Shown: positions 40,675 to 51,013 of the stretch, piece after piece
How the letters are laid out: each line of letters begins with the position of its first letter
Numbering within the stretch: position 1 is the first letter of the stretch
Source: an uncultured delta proteobacterium
GTDB taxonomy: Bacteria > Desulfobacterota > WTBG01
DNA length: 64,000 nucleotides
Direction of reading: 5' to 3'
Assembly (NCBI GenBank): GCA_963793865.1
Contig: CAWCBP010000001.1
Coordinates: 1,120,001-1,184,000 of the forward strand
The notes under the pieces: model-generated
The model's database searches: none
The model's input: only the letters and a program-made list of their open reading frames with translations
What the model was told of the DNA's origin: nothing
Position numbers and translations under genes: made by a program

Positions 40675-42918
40675 CTAATACGTGCACCAGGGCACGGTCG
40701 CGCAGGAGGGACAGGGGGTTTTGTATGAACTTCTGCCGAAATCTGACTTGAATGATGCAGCGTCAGATCCGTCAACATTACCATTGCAGGCAAAATCGCC
40801 GTTACAGGGGTCAGCATTGGTACAGGGTCTTTTGTACGAACTTCTGCCATAATCTGCTTTAAAAGTTGCTGCATCACCGCCATCCACATCCAGGTCATTA
40901 TCAAAGTTGCCTTCGCACTCACAGGCATTGCCGCACCCGTTCCCACCCGGAGGTAAAGTGTCTTCCTGGGCGGGATTGGAGTCACTGGGGCAATTATCAC
41001 AGGCATCCCCCGGTCCATCGCTGTCAGCATCCTCCTCAAGCATGCTGCAAACTCCCGAGGTGCCGCACCATTCATTACTCAAGCACGGCTCACCAATCTT
41101 ACCGCTCGTGCAGGTGCCTACAACCGGGCCATTTGCCGCTGCAGAGCAATTATCATCGCCATCGGCAATCCCGTCACAATCGTCATCGGTTGCTGAAGTG
41201 ACTGTAAATACATATCGCTTTAAATCATTATTGTACTGGTTGGTTTCACCCGTGGTGAGGGTTATACTATAATCTTTACAGCAGCCTGCATCCTGAAAAT
41301 TATAATCGTAGGTAAAAGTCTTTATGTCTTCGGGTGCAACGTCTGCCTGGGTTAAAATAGCGCTCGTCGGATTCAGACAGCCGGGATCATCGGTGGTGTT
41401 ACAGATGGTAATGCCACTATTAATGGTCCTTAAACCGGTTCCGTTATTCTGCACATTCCAGCTAATCCGTTTGGAGCCTGATCCAAGGGTATCTCTGCCG
41501 TAATCATTATAGCCAAAGCACCCGGGGAGTCCCGTTCCCACCTCGCTTAACTTTGCCCCTACAATAGCTAAATCCGTTGCCGGTGCCTCCGCACGCGGGG
41601 TCATATCCGCATAATTGCGAGGACTGAAAGGATAGCGCGACTGCTTGACAAAGTAGGTGTTGATCTCCTTGCTCTTATCAATAACCCATTGATTGGCTTC
41701 ACCGGAGGAGGGATGAAATCCGTTAGATCCATCGCCGAGCTCATATTGCCCGATTTTCCCCTCACTGGGGTGTCCATAGGCATATATAGATGAATCATCA
41801 TAGGGCATTTCATACATAATCATCTGGATGGTCCGCCTGGAATGATTGTCGGGGGCAAGAATGCAATTGATTTCAGTCCATGCCCAGTTATAATACTGTC
41901 CCGTAAACCTGCTGCCGCCGCATATTCCAGCAGCGGCTACATAACCATCCGTCTGATTGTAGAGGGGAGGATCTGGCAACGGAACTTCAGACTCATCGGC
42001 CGACGCAGCGCTGGCTGCCGCTATGGTCGTAGTGGTATGGGTAAAGGTTGTAAGATACATGAGCGGACTGGGAAGAGAAGGGTCATTATTATACATATCC
42101 GCAGATTCATGAGCCAGATAGTCACCTAAGCCGGTCGCTTCGGATATAGCCAGCATTGCCTGGGCATTGGAATGATGATGGAGAATCAGGCTGATCATAT
42201 GGTTATGGATGAATTGTTTGACAACCTTGCTTTCGGGGGCGGCAAAAGCGACGCCACCATTATAAGTAGTTGATAAACAGTCGGAAGATTCCCAGAACTT
42301 GTAGGAAAACGTACGGTTGATGTCTATGCCTATATTGGTGCCTCCCGGTTTTGCCGCACAGCTTACGTCCTGTAGATTCATTCTCCATCCCACGTAATCA
42401 TCAGCGTGGTAGGTCGTATCAGTCCAGAAGCTTCCCGGGTCGCCACTATTCAGATCATCCCTTACCCTCCCGTCCGGATTAATCATCGGGATGAACCAGA
42501 TTTCAAAATTGTCAACCAGCTCCACCACGTCCGCATGGTCGGGATGAAGGTCATCATAGTAAGCATCAAACAGGTATTGGATATACGTTACGGTGCCCTC
42601 TGAACCTAACCATTCATTGGAATGGATACCAGCGTCAATAAGAATGTCGGGTTCGGTTTCATCATCGGTTGCGGGATCGTCAGAGATTTTTACTGCATAA
42701 ATAGGGTTACCAAGGAAGCTCTCTCCTATTATTTGCAGCGAAAACACATCGGGTGTTTTCGATGAAGATTGCGCCTCGAGATTCTCGAGCACCGCTACCA
42801 TTTCATTATAATCATAGTAGTCGTACTTGTAATCTGCAGGCGCATCAATTACCGTAAACGCCAGCAATGAAACCACCATCCCTCCAATTACAGCCAGAAT
42901 GAAACGTATTGTACCCAT
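40675..42918 (-). CDS. Secreted M14 zinc carboxypeptidase with TSP3-like repeats and C-terminal dockerin-like module A
   Basis: GIHSNEW (HxxE), INPDG, DINRTF, LHHHS, YEMP; ATG 42918 after AAGGAGG; tail homologous to the M1 tail. Confidence 0.88.
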   Translation of the reverse strand: MGTIRFILAVIGGMVVSLLAFTVIDAPADYKYDYYDYNEMVAVLENLEAQSSSKTPDVFSLQIIGESFLGNPIYAVKISDDPATDDETEPDILIDAGIHSNEWLGSEGTVTYIQYLFDAYYDDLHPDHADVVELVDNFEIWFIPMINPDGRVRDDLNSGDPGSFWTDTTYHADDYVGWRMNLQDVSCAAKPGGTNIGIDINRTFSYKFWESSDCLSTTYNGGVAFAAPESKVVKQFIHNHMISLILHHHSNAQAMLAISEATGLGDYLAHESADMYNNDPSLPSPLMYLTTFTHTTTTIAAASAASADESEVPLPDPPLYNQTDGYVAAAGICGGSRFTGQYYNWAWTEINCILAPDNHSRRTIQMIMYEMPYDDSSIYAYGHPSEGKIGQYELGDGSNGFHPSSGEANQWVIDKSKEINTYFVKQSRYPFSPRNYADMTPRAEAPATDLAIVGAKLSEVGTGLPGCFGYNDYGRDTLGSGSKRISWNVQNNGTGLRTINSGITICNTTDDPGCLNPTSAILTQADVAPEDIKTFTYDYNFQDAGCCKDYSITLTTGETNQYNNDLKRYVFTVTSATDDDCDGIADGDDNCSAAANGPVVGTCTSGKIGEPCLSNEWCGTSGVCSMLEEDADSDGPGDACDNCPSDSNPAQEDTLPPGGNGCGNACECEGNFDNDLDVDGGDAATFKADYGRSSYKRPCTNADPCNGDFACNGNVDGSDAASFKSDFGRSSYKTPCPSCATVPWCTY

Positions 42919-42950
42919 CGAAGCACCTCCTTGTTTTACCACAATGTCAA

Positions 42951-42991
42951 TAAAAAACCCTTTTACGGGATACAAAAATCCTGTAAAAGGG
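42951..42991 (-). terminator. Intrinsic terminator-like hairpin in the 5' leader of the M14 peptidase gene
   Basis: Minus strand cccttttacagga-loop-tcccgtaaaaggg followed by a T-run, about 30 nt before the start codon. Confidence 0.65.
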
Positions 42992-43375
42992 CAATCGAGC
43001 AATGTACAATTACCACGCCACTCGGGGTCATAATAATATAATACCCCAACTTAATGTGTGAGAAATTAATAATCTTTCTTTGTATATATATCAAATGATA
43101 TTAATCGTGTCAAGCTGGTAATTGCTGATAGCAATAAAAACAAGGATTTATCCACCGGATATATAAAAACTCCGTTATTACATTCGATAAAAGAAGAAAG
43201 ACGCTTTCTATTAAAATGGCTGTTTAATTAATTGATTTCGATGAATACTTTCAGTATTATTTTACATATTATGCTGGCGTTGATAAACATTTGATGTGTG
43301 GTATGAATATTTTAATACTTAAAACAATATCATGCTGCACGCATAACTCTCATCATATGACAGGAGGATGAAGAA

Positions 43376-44653
43376 ATGCATTATGATCTTGTAATAGTGG
43401 GGGCCGGACCGGCCGGGTTGATGGCCGCACGCACTGCCGCCCGGGAGGGGCTGAAGGTGCTGCTGGTGGAGCGGCGAAAGCAGATCAGCCGCGTGAGGCG
43501 CTACTGCAGCCAGATGATCCGCGTGGGCAGCGGGGGGTTCAGCTCCCGCAAGATACCAACCGACATGGCGATCAGGAGCATCTTTGTCACCTTTGACATC
43601 GACTATCGGAAGTGCGTGCTCCGTCTGCAGCATGTTGACGATGATGTTGCCGTCAGTTACCGGGGCATGCTTGCACCCTACTGCAACGAAACATGGGTGT
43701 CCCCTTCCGGCTGCCATTTCAATACCGAGGAGTCCGACGGGCACATTTACGGCTTCCAGATTGACAAGGGCGCCCTTCTGGCCGGACTCGCGGAAGAATG
43801 CGAGCAGGCCGGCTGCGCTGTCCAATGCGACGCCGTTTGTTGCGATATTGCGGAAAGCTCAAAGGCGGTCACGCTCATGCTTAAGGGAGCGCGCGGATCG
43901 GCAAGCATAACGGCAGAACGGGTTATCCTGGCGGACGGGGCATTTTCATCCCTGGTGCAAAGGATGGGTTTTAACCGGGACCGGTCTGAAGGAGGACCGC
44001 GGCTGAAATTTCTTACCTACATTCTTGACCGGGTTGAGAGCCCTTTTTCTCCCGACCACTACATGCAATTGTGCGCGCCCTCCGTCTTCCCCGGTCTGAT
44101 CAACCTGGGGCTCTGGACGAACCGCACCTTTCACCTGGGCATTGCCGCGCCTCTCTTTACCCAAATGGACCTGCCGGGAATCCTGAACCGCGTTATGACC
44201 GCTTCCCCGTTCGCCTCCTGGTTCAGATCATCACAGGTGATTGACCGCCTGGGGTGCACCATGTCGCTGCGGCCCGCGATTTGGGAACCTGCCGGGGGAA
44301 GGATCATTTGCTGCGGTGACAGCGCGGCCTTTGCCGAAACGTCCATCAAGGGAGCGCTGGGGTGCGGGTACAAGGCCGCCGGGGCGAGCAAAACCGCCCT
44401 TGAAGGCGGTGACGGCAACGGGGAGTACAACAGGTTCTGGCAGCAGGCATTTTATTTCCACAGCCGGCAATATCTCGGTTTCAGCAAAGAAACCTATCCT
44501 GTTGCCCGTGTCCTGGCCGATGACGAGGTGGACACCCTTTACGGATGGCTCCGGGACAACAACCTGCATGGTTTGCCGGGGGATGTGCTTTCGGATAATC
44601 TGAACCGCCTCAGGGAAGAGCTGCCGGCCATTGCGGGAAAAATAGCGCAATAA
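43376..44653 (+). CDS. NAD(P)/FAD-dependent oxidoreductase (geranylgeranyl reductase-like)
   Basis: IVGAGPAG, VLLVE, LADGA, CGDSA. Confidence 0.82.
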   Translation: MHYDLVIVGAGPAGLMAARTAAREGLKVLLVERRKQISRVRRYCSQMIRVGSGGFSSRKIPTDMAIRSIFVTFDIDYRKCVLRLQHVDDDVAVSYRGMLAPYCNETWVSPSGCHFNTEESDGHIYGFQIDKGALLAGLAEECEQAGCAVQCDAVCCDIAESSKAVTLMLKGARGSASITAERVILADGAFSSLVQRMGFNRDRSEGGPRLKFLTYILDRVESPFSPDHYMQLCAPSVFPGLINLGLWTNRTFHLGIAAPLFTQMDLPGILNRVMTASPFASWFRSSQVIDRLGCTMSLRPAIWEPAGGRIICCGDSAAFAETSIKGALGCGYKAAGASKTALEGGDGNGEYNRFWQQAFYFHSRQYLGFSKETYPVARVLADDEVDTLYGWLRDNNLHGLPGDVLSDNLNRLREELPAIAGKIAQ

Positions 44654-44675
44654 TCCTGTTCAACAAACTGCCGTG

Positions 44676-45299
44676 TTACTTGAGCCGTGTAACCGCTTCG
44701 GTGGCGGGATCAAACCAGGGGCTGAGCACTCCCTGCAGCTCTCCCGCCAATTGCAGATTTCCCATCTCCTTAAGATTGGTATAGGCATTGACTGCAAGGT
44801 CCTTGTTGTCCGTGACGACGGCGAGGAGGCCTGCGTCAAAAAAGGCACCGGACGCCTCGGCAGTGTTGCCGTTTCTCCGGTAGGCAATACCCAGTTTGTA
44901 ATGAGCGTTTGCCGCCTCGGGATTTAAGATGACCGCTTTATTCAATGTTTCGATGGCTTCATCAAGCATGCCTTCGGCAAGATAAAGACCTCCGAGATGA
45001 AGGTAAGAGCCGTCGTGATTGGGGTTTGCCTCAATTGCTTTCCTGAATTCGGTTATACCTTCATCCGCTCTGCCCTGCATTTCATAAATCCATCCCAGGT
45101 AAAAATGGGCGGTCAGATTACCGGGATCAAGTGTCAGCGTCCGCTTAAAGAGACGGACGGCTTCTTCCTGATGGGCGGCCATAAATGCCTTTCGCGCTTT
45201 TTCATTCAATCTTCCGGCATCATCCCCGCAGCCTGAACTGCCCAGGAAGACAACGGCCATCGCCATCCAGCAGACCATTCTGTTCGCCGCATTATTCAT
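44676..45299 (-). CDS. TPR-repeat lipoprotein
   Basis: SSGC lipobox followed by several TPR motifs. Confidence 0.85.
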   Translation of the reverse strand: MNNAANRMVCWMAMAVVFLGSSGCGDDAGRLNEKARKAFMAAHQEEAVRLFKRTLTLDPGNLTAHFYLGWIYEMQGRADEGITEFRKAIEANPNHDGSYLHLGGLYLAEGMLDEAIETLNKAVILNPEAANAHYKLGIAYRRNGNTAEASGAFFDAGLLAVVTDNKDLAVNAYTNLKEMGNLQLAGELQGVLSPWFDPATEAVTRLK

Positions 45300-45326
45300 C
45301 TTTGTGTTTCCCCCGCACCGCCCCCG

Positions 45327-46092
45327 CTAATATTTTACCACCGGGGGAAAGCTTGACGCCTCGATAACGGCAATGGGAATATTGTTTTCCCGCATGATCC
45401 TGGTGCCCAGGCTTTCAACCAGCATCCACTCAACCAGCCTGGCCCTCGTCGCGTACATTCTGGTGTAGTCATCGTCCCGCATGCGGTCCTGGGCATGAAG
45501 TTCAATGATCCTCCGGTAGGTGGGAACGGCCATGTTCATCACGTCATCGATGAAGGGAATGTCCTTTTCTTCAAAAAATCCCATCAGTCCGCAGGCACCG
45601 GCACTGCCGCCAAAGGTGCCGCGGCCCTGAATAAACGCATTCAATTCTGCGAAATTCTGCCCGTGCCTGGTAGCACAGCGATTCTGCCGCCCTGGAAAAC
45701 AGTTCCTTTTCAGCCTCCCGCGGCTCCCCGTCCTGGATGATGAGATCAGTATACAGGATGATATACCTGCCTGAATCCTCAACGTTGGTCAAATCGGTCA
45801 TGATAAACAGGGCGGGGATTTTTGGATTGGCCGGGTAAATAATCGCTTCAAAGCGGTTGATGCTCCCCGGCGCCCCGTTAATGGTACCATGAGTTATGTT
45901 CAGGAAGGAAACGGTAGCCTTTTCCAGAAACAACCCTGATGAGCGGCTGATGCTTGCCGACCACGCGTCCGAATGATTGTGCTGCAGATGCTTGAACGAA
46001 TCTGCCCCGTTCAGCTCGGCGTAACAGTCCCTGAAGGACAGCGCATAGCCCTCTTTTGGAAACTCCGCGTCATTTCCCGCAACGCCCTCCAT
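45327..46092 (-). pseudogene. Coproporphyrinogen III oxidase (HemF)-like protein, frameshifted (pseudogene or sequence error)
   Basis: 5' ORF has LEKATV and IYPANPKIP; the 3' ORF ends RARLVEWMLVESLGT...SFPPVVKY, resembling the HemF C-terminus. Removing one T near 45672 joins the frames. Confidence 0.6.
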
Positions 46093-46425
46093 AGCTGGAA
46101 GATCTCCTTTCCCGGCCCGGGCATAACACGCGAACGGTGAGAATGCATCTGCCGCCGCCGCTCTTCCACGGGTTACGCTTTTCATGCGGCGGCGAAGACG
46201 ATGAGAAATCGAAGCCCCGGCGCGTATACACTTGACGAATTTTTGCTATGTGATAGGATAGCCGAAAAATTGCATCAGATCGAACCATATCAAAAACGAC
46301 CGGCATGTCAATATCTTTACTTTATGACCATTAAAGGAGGCGATGGAAATGTGAGCAGGCAATCATTACTGCGTATCTCAGATTAAACAGTACCGCACAG
46401 AGCCGCTAACAATAAGGAGGTTTAC

Positions 46426-46944
46426 ATGAAGCCCCGGAGCATTCACATCGTTAAGCTGGTTGCATGCATCACCATTATACTGGCGGGCAGCCTCTTTGCC
46501 CGCGCTGCGAATTTCTCCCCCGAGAAGAGCATTATCGACAACCTGAGCGGGGATGCTTCATTCACCACCCTGATGAAAGCGCTTCAGGCCGCCGGCCTGA
46601 TGGAGACCCTGAAGGGGAACGGCCCGTTTACCGTTTTTGCCCCCAATGACGCGGCATTTGCCAGATTGCCCAAAGGCATGCTTGATGACCTGCTGAAACC
46701 GGAAAACAAGGCCAGGCTTGCATCCATTCTTACCTACCATGTAATGCCCGGCAAGTTCACGGCTGCCGAGGTGGAGAAGATGAAGCAGCTGGATACCGTC
46801 AACGGCGATCAGCTCATCTTTACCGTCAGCGGCAATATAAAAGCCGTTGATAATGCCAAGGTGCTGCAAACCGACATTGCCTGCAGCAACGGTCTTATAC
46901 ATATCATCGATACGCCGGTCATTCCTCCTACAACACAACCCTGA
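46426..46944 (+). CDS. Fasciclin (FAS1) domain protein
   Basis: Signal peptide, GPFTVFAPNDAAF, ILTYHV, NGLIHIID. Confidence 0.95.
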   Translation: MKPRSIHIVKLVACITIILAGSLFARAANFSPEKSIIDNLSGDASFTTLMKALQAAGLMETLKGNGPFTVFAPNDAAFARLPKGMLDDLLKPENKARLASILTYHVMPGKFTAAEVEKMKQLDTVNGDQLIFTVSGNIKAVDNAKVLQTDIACSNGLIHIIDTPVIPPTTQP

Positions 46945-46954
46945 AAGACGAACA

Positions 46955-46987
46955 GGGCCGGGTGTGTCTCCTGCCCGGCCCTTCTTT
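46955..46987 (+). terminator. Putative intrinsic terminator
   Basis: gggccggg...cccggccc followed by ttcttt, after the fasciclin gene. Confidence 0.55.
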
Positions 46988-46993
46988 AAGCAA

Positions 46994-48250
46994 CTACAGC
47001 GTTTCCTTTCCCCGCCGCAGCTTCCGCTGAAGCCTCCTCAGGCGCACCATGAGACTTTCCTTCAGCAGCTCCCTCACACGTTCCGGATGCAGTTGCTGCA
47101 TCAGTGAAAACTGTTCCAGCGCGCGCTCGGTATAGTTTCGCGCCTTGTGCAGGTCGGCGAGATGATGCTCGTAGATCTTCGCCAGCTCTTCATACGGTTC
47201 CGGGGAAAACCCCCGGCAGGTGAGAGCGGCCTCCCAGAGATGGACAGCTTCCTCAAAGTTCCTTTTCCGCTTGTGCAGCCTGGCCTTCCCCAGCATCAGC
47301 TGCTTTCTTTCCTCCTCCCCGCCGCTGCCCTCCATGAGCCTGTCATAAAAGTCGGGGCTCATCTCTTCCCGGTCCACCTCCTCTACCATGCGCGCCATTG
47401 AGAGCCGGTCTACGGGAAGGTAATCGCCTGCCCCTTCCCGGGAAAAGAGCATAAGCATCACATCGAGCAGGGCCACCATGCTCAGGATATCCAGCTGATT
47501 GTGGTAGAACACGTCCTGCAACGGGCTCGGGTCGGAGGTGCGCAGGTAGCGGAAATACATTTCCGGTATAAGATATGCCGGCACATCTCCATGCCGGGTT
47601 ACCCCCGCCAGGGCGCCCTCAAGGGTCTTGAGCGCGCAGTCGGGAAGATGCCTCCGCCAGAGGCGCCGTGAGGGATAGAGAAGGTCAATGTGGACTTCGG
47701 CCGCCGGGATATGCGAAAATCGCTGCAGCACCGCGCGGTTGTGGAGCAGGGGCAGATCGTAGCATTTGCCGTTAAAGGTTACCAGTGCGCCATGGACACA
47801 GGCCGTGCTTTCCAACCGGTTAAAAAATTGCCCGAGCACTGCCCGCTCCTCTGCAAAGCGGCGGACAAAATATTGCTCGATCACAAACTGATCGCGATCA
47901 AAATAGCCGACGCCCACCAGAAATGCCATGGTGCCCGCTCCGCCTGCCAGGCCGGTGGTCTCTGTATCCATGAAGAGCAGGTTCTGGGGGAACATCTTCC
48001 CTGACAGCTGCCGCCTGGCGGTAAAACGAAGATGCTCAAGGTCTCTTTCCAGGAAATTTCCCAGCAGGAAATTGCCATGGCGGTGCGACAGGCTCAACTC
48101 CGTCCTGATGTGCCAGTATGAGCCGCAGGCATTATTCTCCACATTACCCGGGATCAGGCGTGCATAATCAAGCTCGGCCTTCCCGCTCACCGGCGGATTT
48201 GCCGCATACCTGTTTGGATCCAAACGCGCGAGCCTGTCCTTGAAATCCAT
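46994..48250 (-). CDS. YprB/MrfB-like RNase H-fold exonuclease with TPR tail
   Basis: FMDTETTGL.GGAGT, TFNGKCYD, HIDLL, YHNQLD; adjacent to an MrfA-like helicase. Confidence 0.9.
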   Translation of the reverse strand: MDFKDRLARLDPNRYAANPPVSGKAELDYARLIPGNVENNACGSYWHIRTELSLSHRHGNFLLGNFLERDLEHLRFTARRQLSGKMFPQNLLFMDTETTGLAGGAGTMAFLVGVGYFDRDQFVIEQYFVRRFAEERAVLGQFFNRLESTACVHGALVTFNGKCYDLPLLHNRAVLQRFSHIPAAEVHIDLLYPSRRLWRRHLPDCALKTLEGALAGVTRHGDVPAYLIPEMYFRYLRTSDPSPLQDVFYHNQLDILSMVALLDVMLMLFSREGAGDYLPVDRLSMARMVEEVDREEMSPDFYDRLMEGSGGEEERKQLMLGKARLHKRKRNFEEAVHLWEAALTCRGFSPEPYEELAKIYEHHLADLHKARNYTERALEQFSLMQQLHPERVRELLKESLMVRLRRLQRKLRRGKETL

Positions 48251-48317
48251 AAGATACCAGTTAAGCAAATATTTCTAAGTAACTGTTATATAAGCTCTTA
48301 TAAACCTGACCTGCCCT

Positions 48318-48476
48318 CTAGAAGATTGTTGAAAAAATAGTTTTTCTCAGGCTGTTCAAAAACATCCAGATGCAAGGCACGCGAAATCCTGAGGAATGAG
48401 GCGTACACGCGAGTACGCTGCAATGACGAAGGATGAGCGTAACGCAGCAGATGGGTGTTTTTCAACAGCCTGTTAG
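48318..48476. repeat. MITE-like element with terminal inverted repeats; supplies the helicase stop codon
   Basis: gattgttgaaaaa...tttttcaacagcctgttag; internal cagatgcaaggc is shared with 53601. Confidence 0.75.
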
Positions 48477-50759
48477 GCCTTTCTCGATAATGCGCAGAGT
48501 ACTCGCCTTACCCAAGGGCCCCACTTCCAGAACCGGGCCGACACAGGACGGACATCCGGCTTCGCAGGGACAGGTGCGGATAAGTTCCCGCGCCGCCTGG
48601 AGCAGGTCCCCATGCATCTCATACAGCTTTTCGCTGAATCCAACCCCGCCGGGATAGCACTCGTACACGAAGAGCGTGGCCTGCCGGTGAAAGGGTGATT
48701 TGAGCATGGGAACGGCCCTGATGTCCCGGGGATCGCACATCACGTAAAGCGAGGCAACCGTTCCCATAACCGTGCCGAGACCTTTCATGGCTGAGGCGAA
48801 ATCAAGACCCTCGCGCTTCATTTCAATCTCGATCGACTCATCAAGCTGCCACATGTAGGAGGTGGTATGCATCTCCAGCTCCGGAAGGTTGATCCTGCCG
48901 TACCCGATGTTTTCATGGGAGCCGAACTTTATCTTCTTGTACTGGGTGGGGGTGGTGGTGACGGACACCTCCCCGTGGGCCTGCGCGGCCGGGCCCTGCC
49001 GCTTCTCCTCAAAAATATCGAGCACTTTTATGTCCGTTTTCGCCTCGGCGTCGGTGTAATAGTCAACGTCCACCCGGCGCACATAGGCCTTGCGCCTCTC
49101 CCAGTCCAGGGTGTCAACGTGGCACTGCTGACCCTGGTGCACATAAATGGCCTCCTGGTGAAGCAGCAGGGGTGTGCTGAACAGGTCCATTTCCCCGATG
49201 ACCCTGTGGTCCTTGGTGGTGGTGTCGATGATGACAAAATTGTCGGTGCTGGCGCTGCGCAGGCTGACCTGCTCAGCGGGATACACCTCGCTGGTCCAGT
49301 GAAATCTCCCGTCCTGGTGGTGAAGAACGCCGTGCTCCTCAAGGTATTCGAGAAGCTCACCGGTGGCTTCAATGCCGAACCGCTCCGCGTCCTCAAAGGG
49401 CAGCTCAAAGGCGGCGCATTTCACGTGGCTCATCAGAATCACCAGGTTGTTGGGATTGATCACGCCCTTTTCCGGCGACTGCTTGAAAAAATAGTCGGGG
49501 TGGTTCACAATGTACTGGTCGAGGGGGTGGCTTGAGGCGACCAGCAGCGCGGCGGACACGCCGGTCTTTCTCCCGGCGCGGCCTGCCTGCTGCCAGGTGC
49601 TGCTCACCGTCCCCGGGTAGCCGACCATGACGCAGCAGTCAAGCTGACCGATGTCTATGCCGAGCTCCAGCGCGTTGGTGCTCACCACTCCCCGCACGCT
49701 GCCGCTGCGCAGCCCGCTTTCTATTTCCCTCCGCTCCCGGGGCAGGTAGCCGCTCCGGTAGCCGCGCACGACATTGGCCGGCTTTCTCTGCCTGGTCATG
49801 GCTTCGCGCAGATAGGTTACCAGTATCTCCACATTCAGGCGGCTTCTGGCAAACAGGATGGTCTGTATGCCGCAGGTGAGAAACCGCAGGGCGATCTTCG
49901 TCGCCTCGTGTATGACGGAACGCCGGATGCCGAGCTGGTGGTTGACCACCGGCGGATTGTAAAAGATAAAATGTTTCGTTTCCCGCGGCGCGCCGTTGCG
50001 GTCGATGAGACGCACCGGCTCCTCAATGATCTTCTCAGCCAGCTCCTGTGGATTGGCAATGGTGGCCGAGCAGCAGATGAACTGCGGGCGGGCCTTGTAG
50101 AAGGCGCAGATGCGCTTGAGGCGCCGGATGACATTTGCCAGGTGGCTGCCGAACACCCCCCGGTAATGATGCACCTCATCAATCACCACGTAGCGCAGGT
50201 TTTCAAACAGTTTCACCCACCGCGTGTGATGGGGAAGTATGCCCTGGTGGAGCATGTCGGGATTGGTCACCACAATATGCCCCGAGGCGCGAATGGTGGT
50301 GCGCACCGCCGGCGGCGTATCGCCGTCAAAGGTGTAGGTTTTTATGTCCTCCTTAAGCAGGTCGACTATCTCCTGCAGCTCGACCACCTGGTCCTGGGAG
50401 AGCGCCTTGGTGGGAAAAAGGTAGAGCGCGCGGGCTGAAGGCTCCTCCAGTATGGACTGGATCACCGGCAGGTTATAGCAGAGCGTCTTCCCCGATGCCG
50501 TGGGCGTAACCACCACCACATGCTCATGAGCCCGCACCGATGTGTAGGCTTCCTCCTGGTGGCAGTACAGCTTCTTATATCCCATGTCGGAAAGGACGGA
50601 TCGCAGCTTTGGAAAAATATCCCCGGGGAAATCCCGGTACCGGCCCTCCTCCGGCTTGATCTCCTTCCAGAGGGCCACCTGACGCATAAAGTCCCGGTCC
50701 TTCCGCAATTCATCAAGGACCACCTTCAGTTCCCTGGGTGGAAAGTCAAGAATGGTCAT
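48462..50759 (-). CDS. DEAD/DEAH-box helicase with DUF1998 domain (MrfA/YprA family)
   Basis: TPTASGKT, PTKALSQDQ, DEVH, SATIAN, ALELGIDIG, QAGRAGR, CPC..GCPSC. Confidence 0.93.
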   Translation of the reverse strand: MTILDFPPRELKVVLDELRKDRDFMRQVALWKEIKPEEGRYRDFPGDIFPKLRSVLSDMGYKKLYCHQEEAYTSVRAHEHVVVVTPTASGKTLCYNLPVIQSILEEPSARALYLFPTKALSQDQVVELQEIVDLLKEDIKTYTFDGDTPPAVRTTIRASGHIVVTNPDMLHQGILPHHTRWVKLFENLRYVVIDEVHHYRGVFGSHLANVIRRLKRICAFYKARPQFICCSATIANPQELAEKIIEEPVRLIDRNGAPRETKHFIFYNPPVVNHQLGIRRSVIHEATKIALRFLTCGIQTILFARSRLNVEILVTYLREAMTRQRKPANVVRGYRSGYLPRERREIESGLRSGSVRGVVSTNALELGIDIGQLDCCVMVGYPGTVSSTWQQAGRAGRKTGVSAALLVASSHPLDQYIVNHPDYFFKQSPEKGVINPNNLVILMSHVKCAAFELPFEDAERFGIEATGELLEYLEEHGVLHHQDGRFHWTSEVYPAEQVSLRSASTDNFVIIDTTTKDHRVIGEMDLFSTPLLLHQEAIYVHQGQQCHVDTLDWERRKAYVRRVDVDYYTDAEAKTDIKVLDIFEEKRQGPAAQAHGEVSVTTTPTQYKKIKFGSHENIGYGRINLPELEMHTTSYMWQLDESIEIEMKREGLDFASAMKGLGTVMGTVASLYVMCDPRDIRAVPMLKSPFHRQATLFVYECYPGGVGFSEKLYEMHGDLLQAARELIRTCPCEAGCPSCVGPVLEVGPLGKASTLRIIEKGLTGC

Positions 50760-51013
50760 GTGATTTCCATCGCCCTCCGTTTAAATTATCTTTTAAATCA
50801 GCCCTGTTTGATATAGGATGCTGCGACTCATCATAATACATAACCAAAACGCCTTCAAGTTAATTGGCCAAAACGATTTGATGAAGGATTGCTATTCATG
50901 CCGCGTCCGATTATACGTGACGGCCGTGACAGCTATGGTCCCTGCATAATTCTTTTGTAGAGAAGATACATTCCGATGTCTCAACGGATTTCATTAACGG
51001 TCGGCACGTAGCC

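Noticed and set aside
38260..42918. Diversity-generating retroelement template/variable repeat pair in the similar C-terminal tails
   Set aside because: Differences are not adenine-restricted, both copies are coding, and no reverse transcriptase is present in the window.
46994..50759. Helicase-nuclease pair as a novel defence system
   Set aside because: Architecture matches the known MrfA/MrfB (YprA/YprB) DNA repair pair; no methylase or other defence genes are adjacent.
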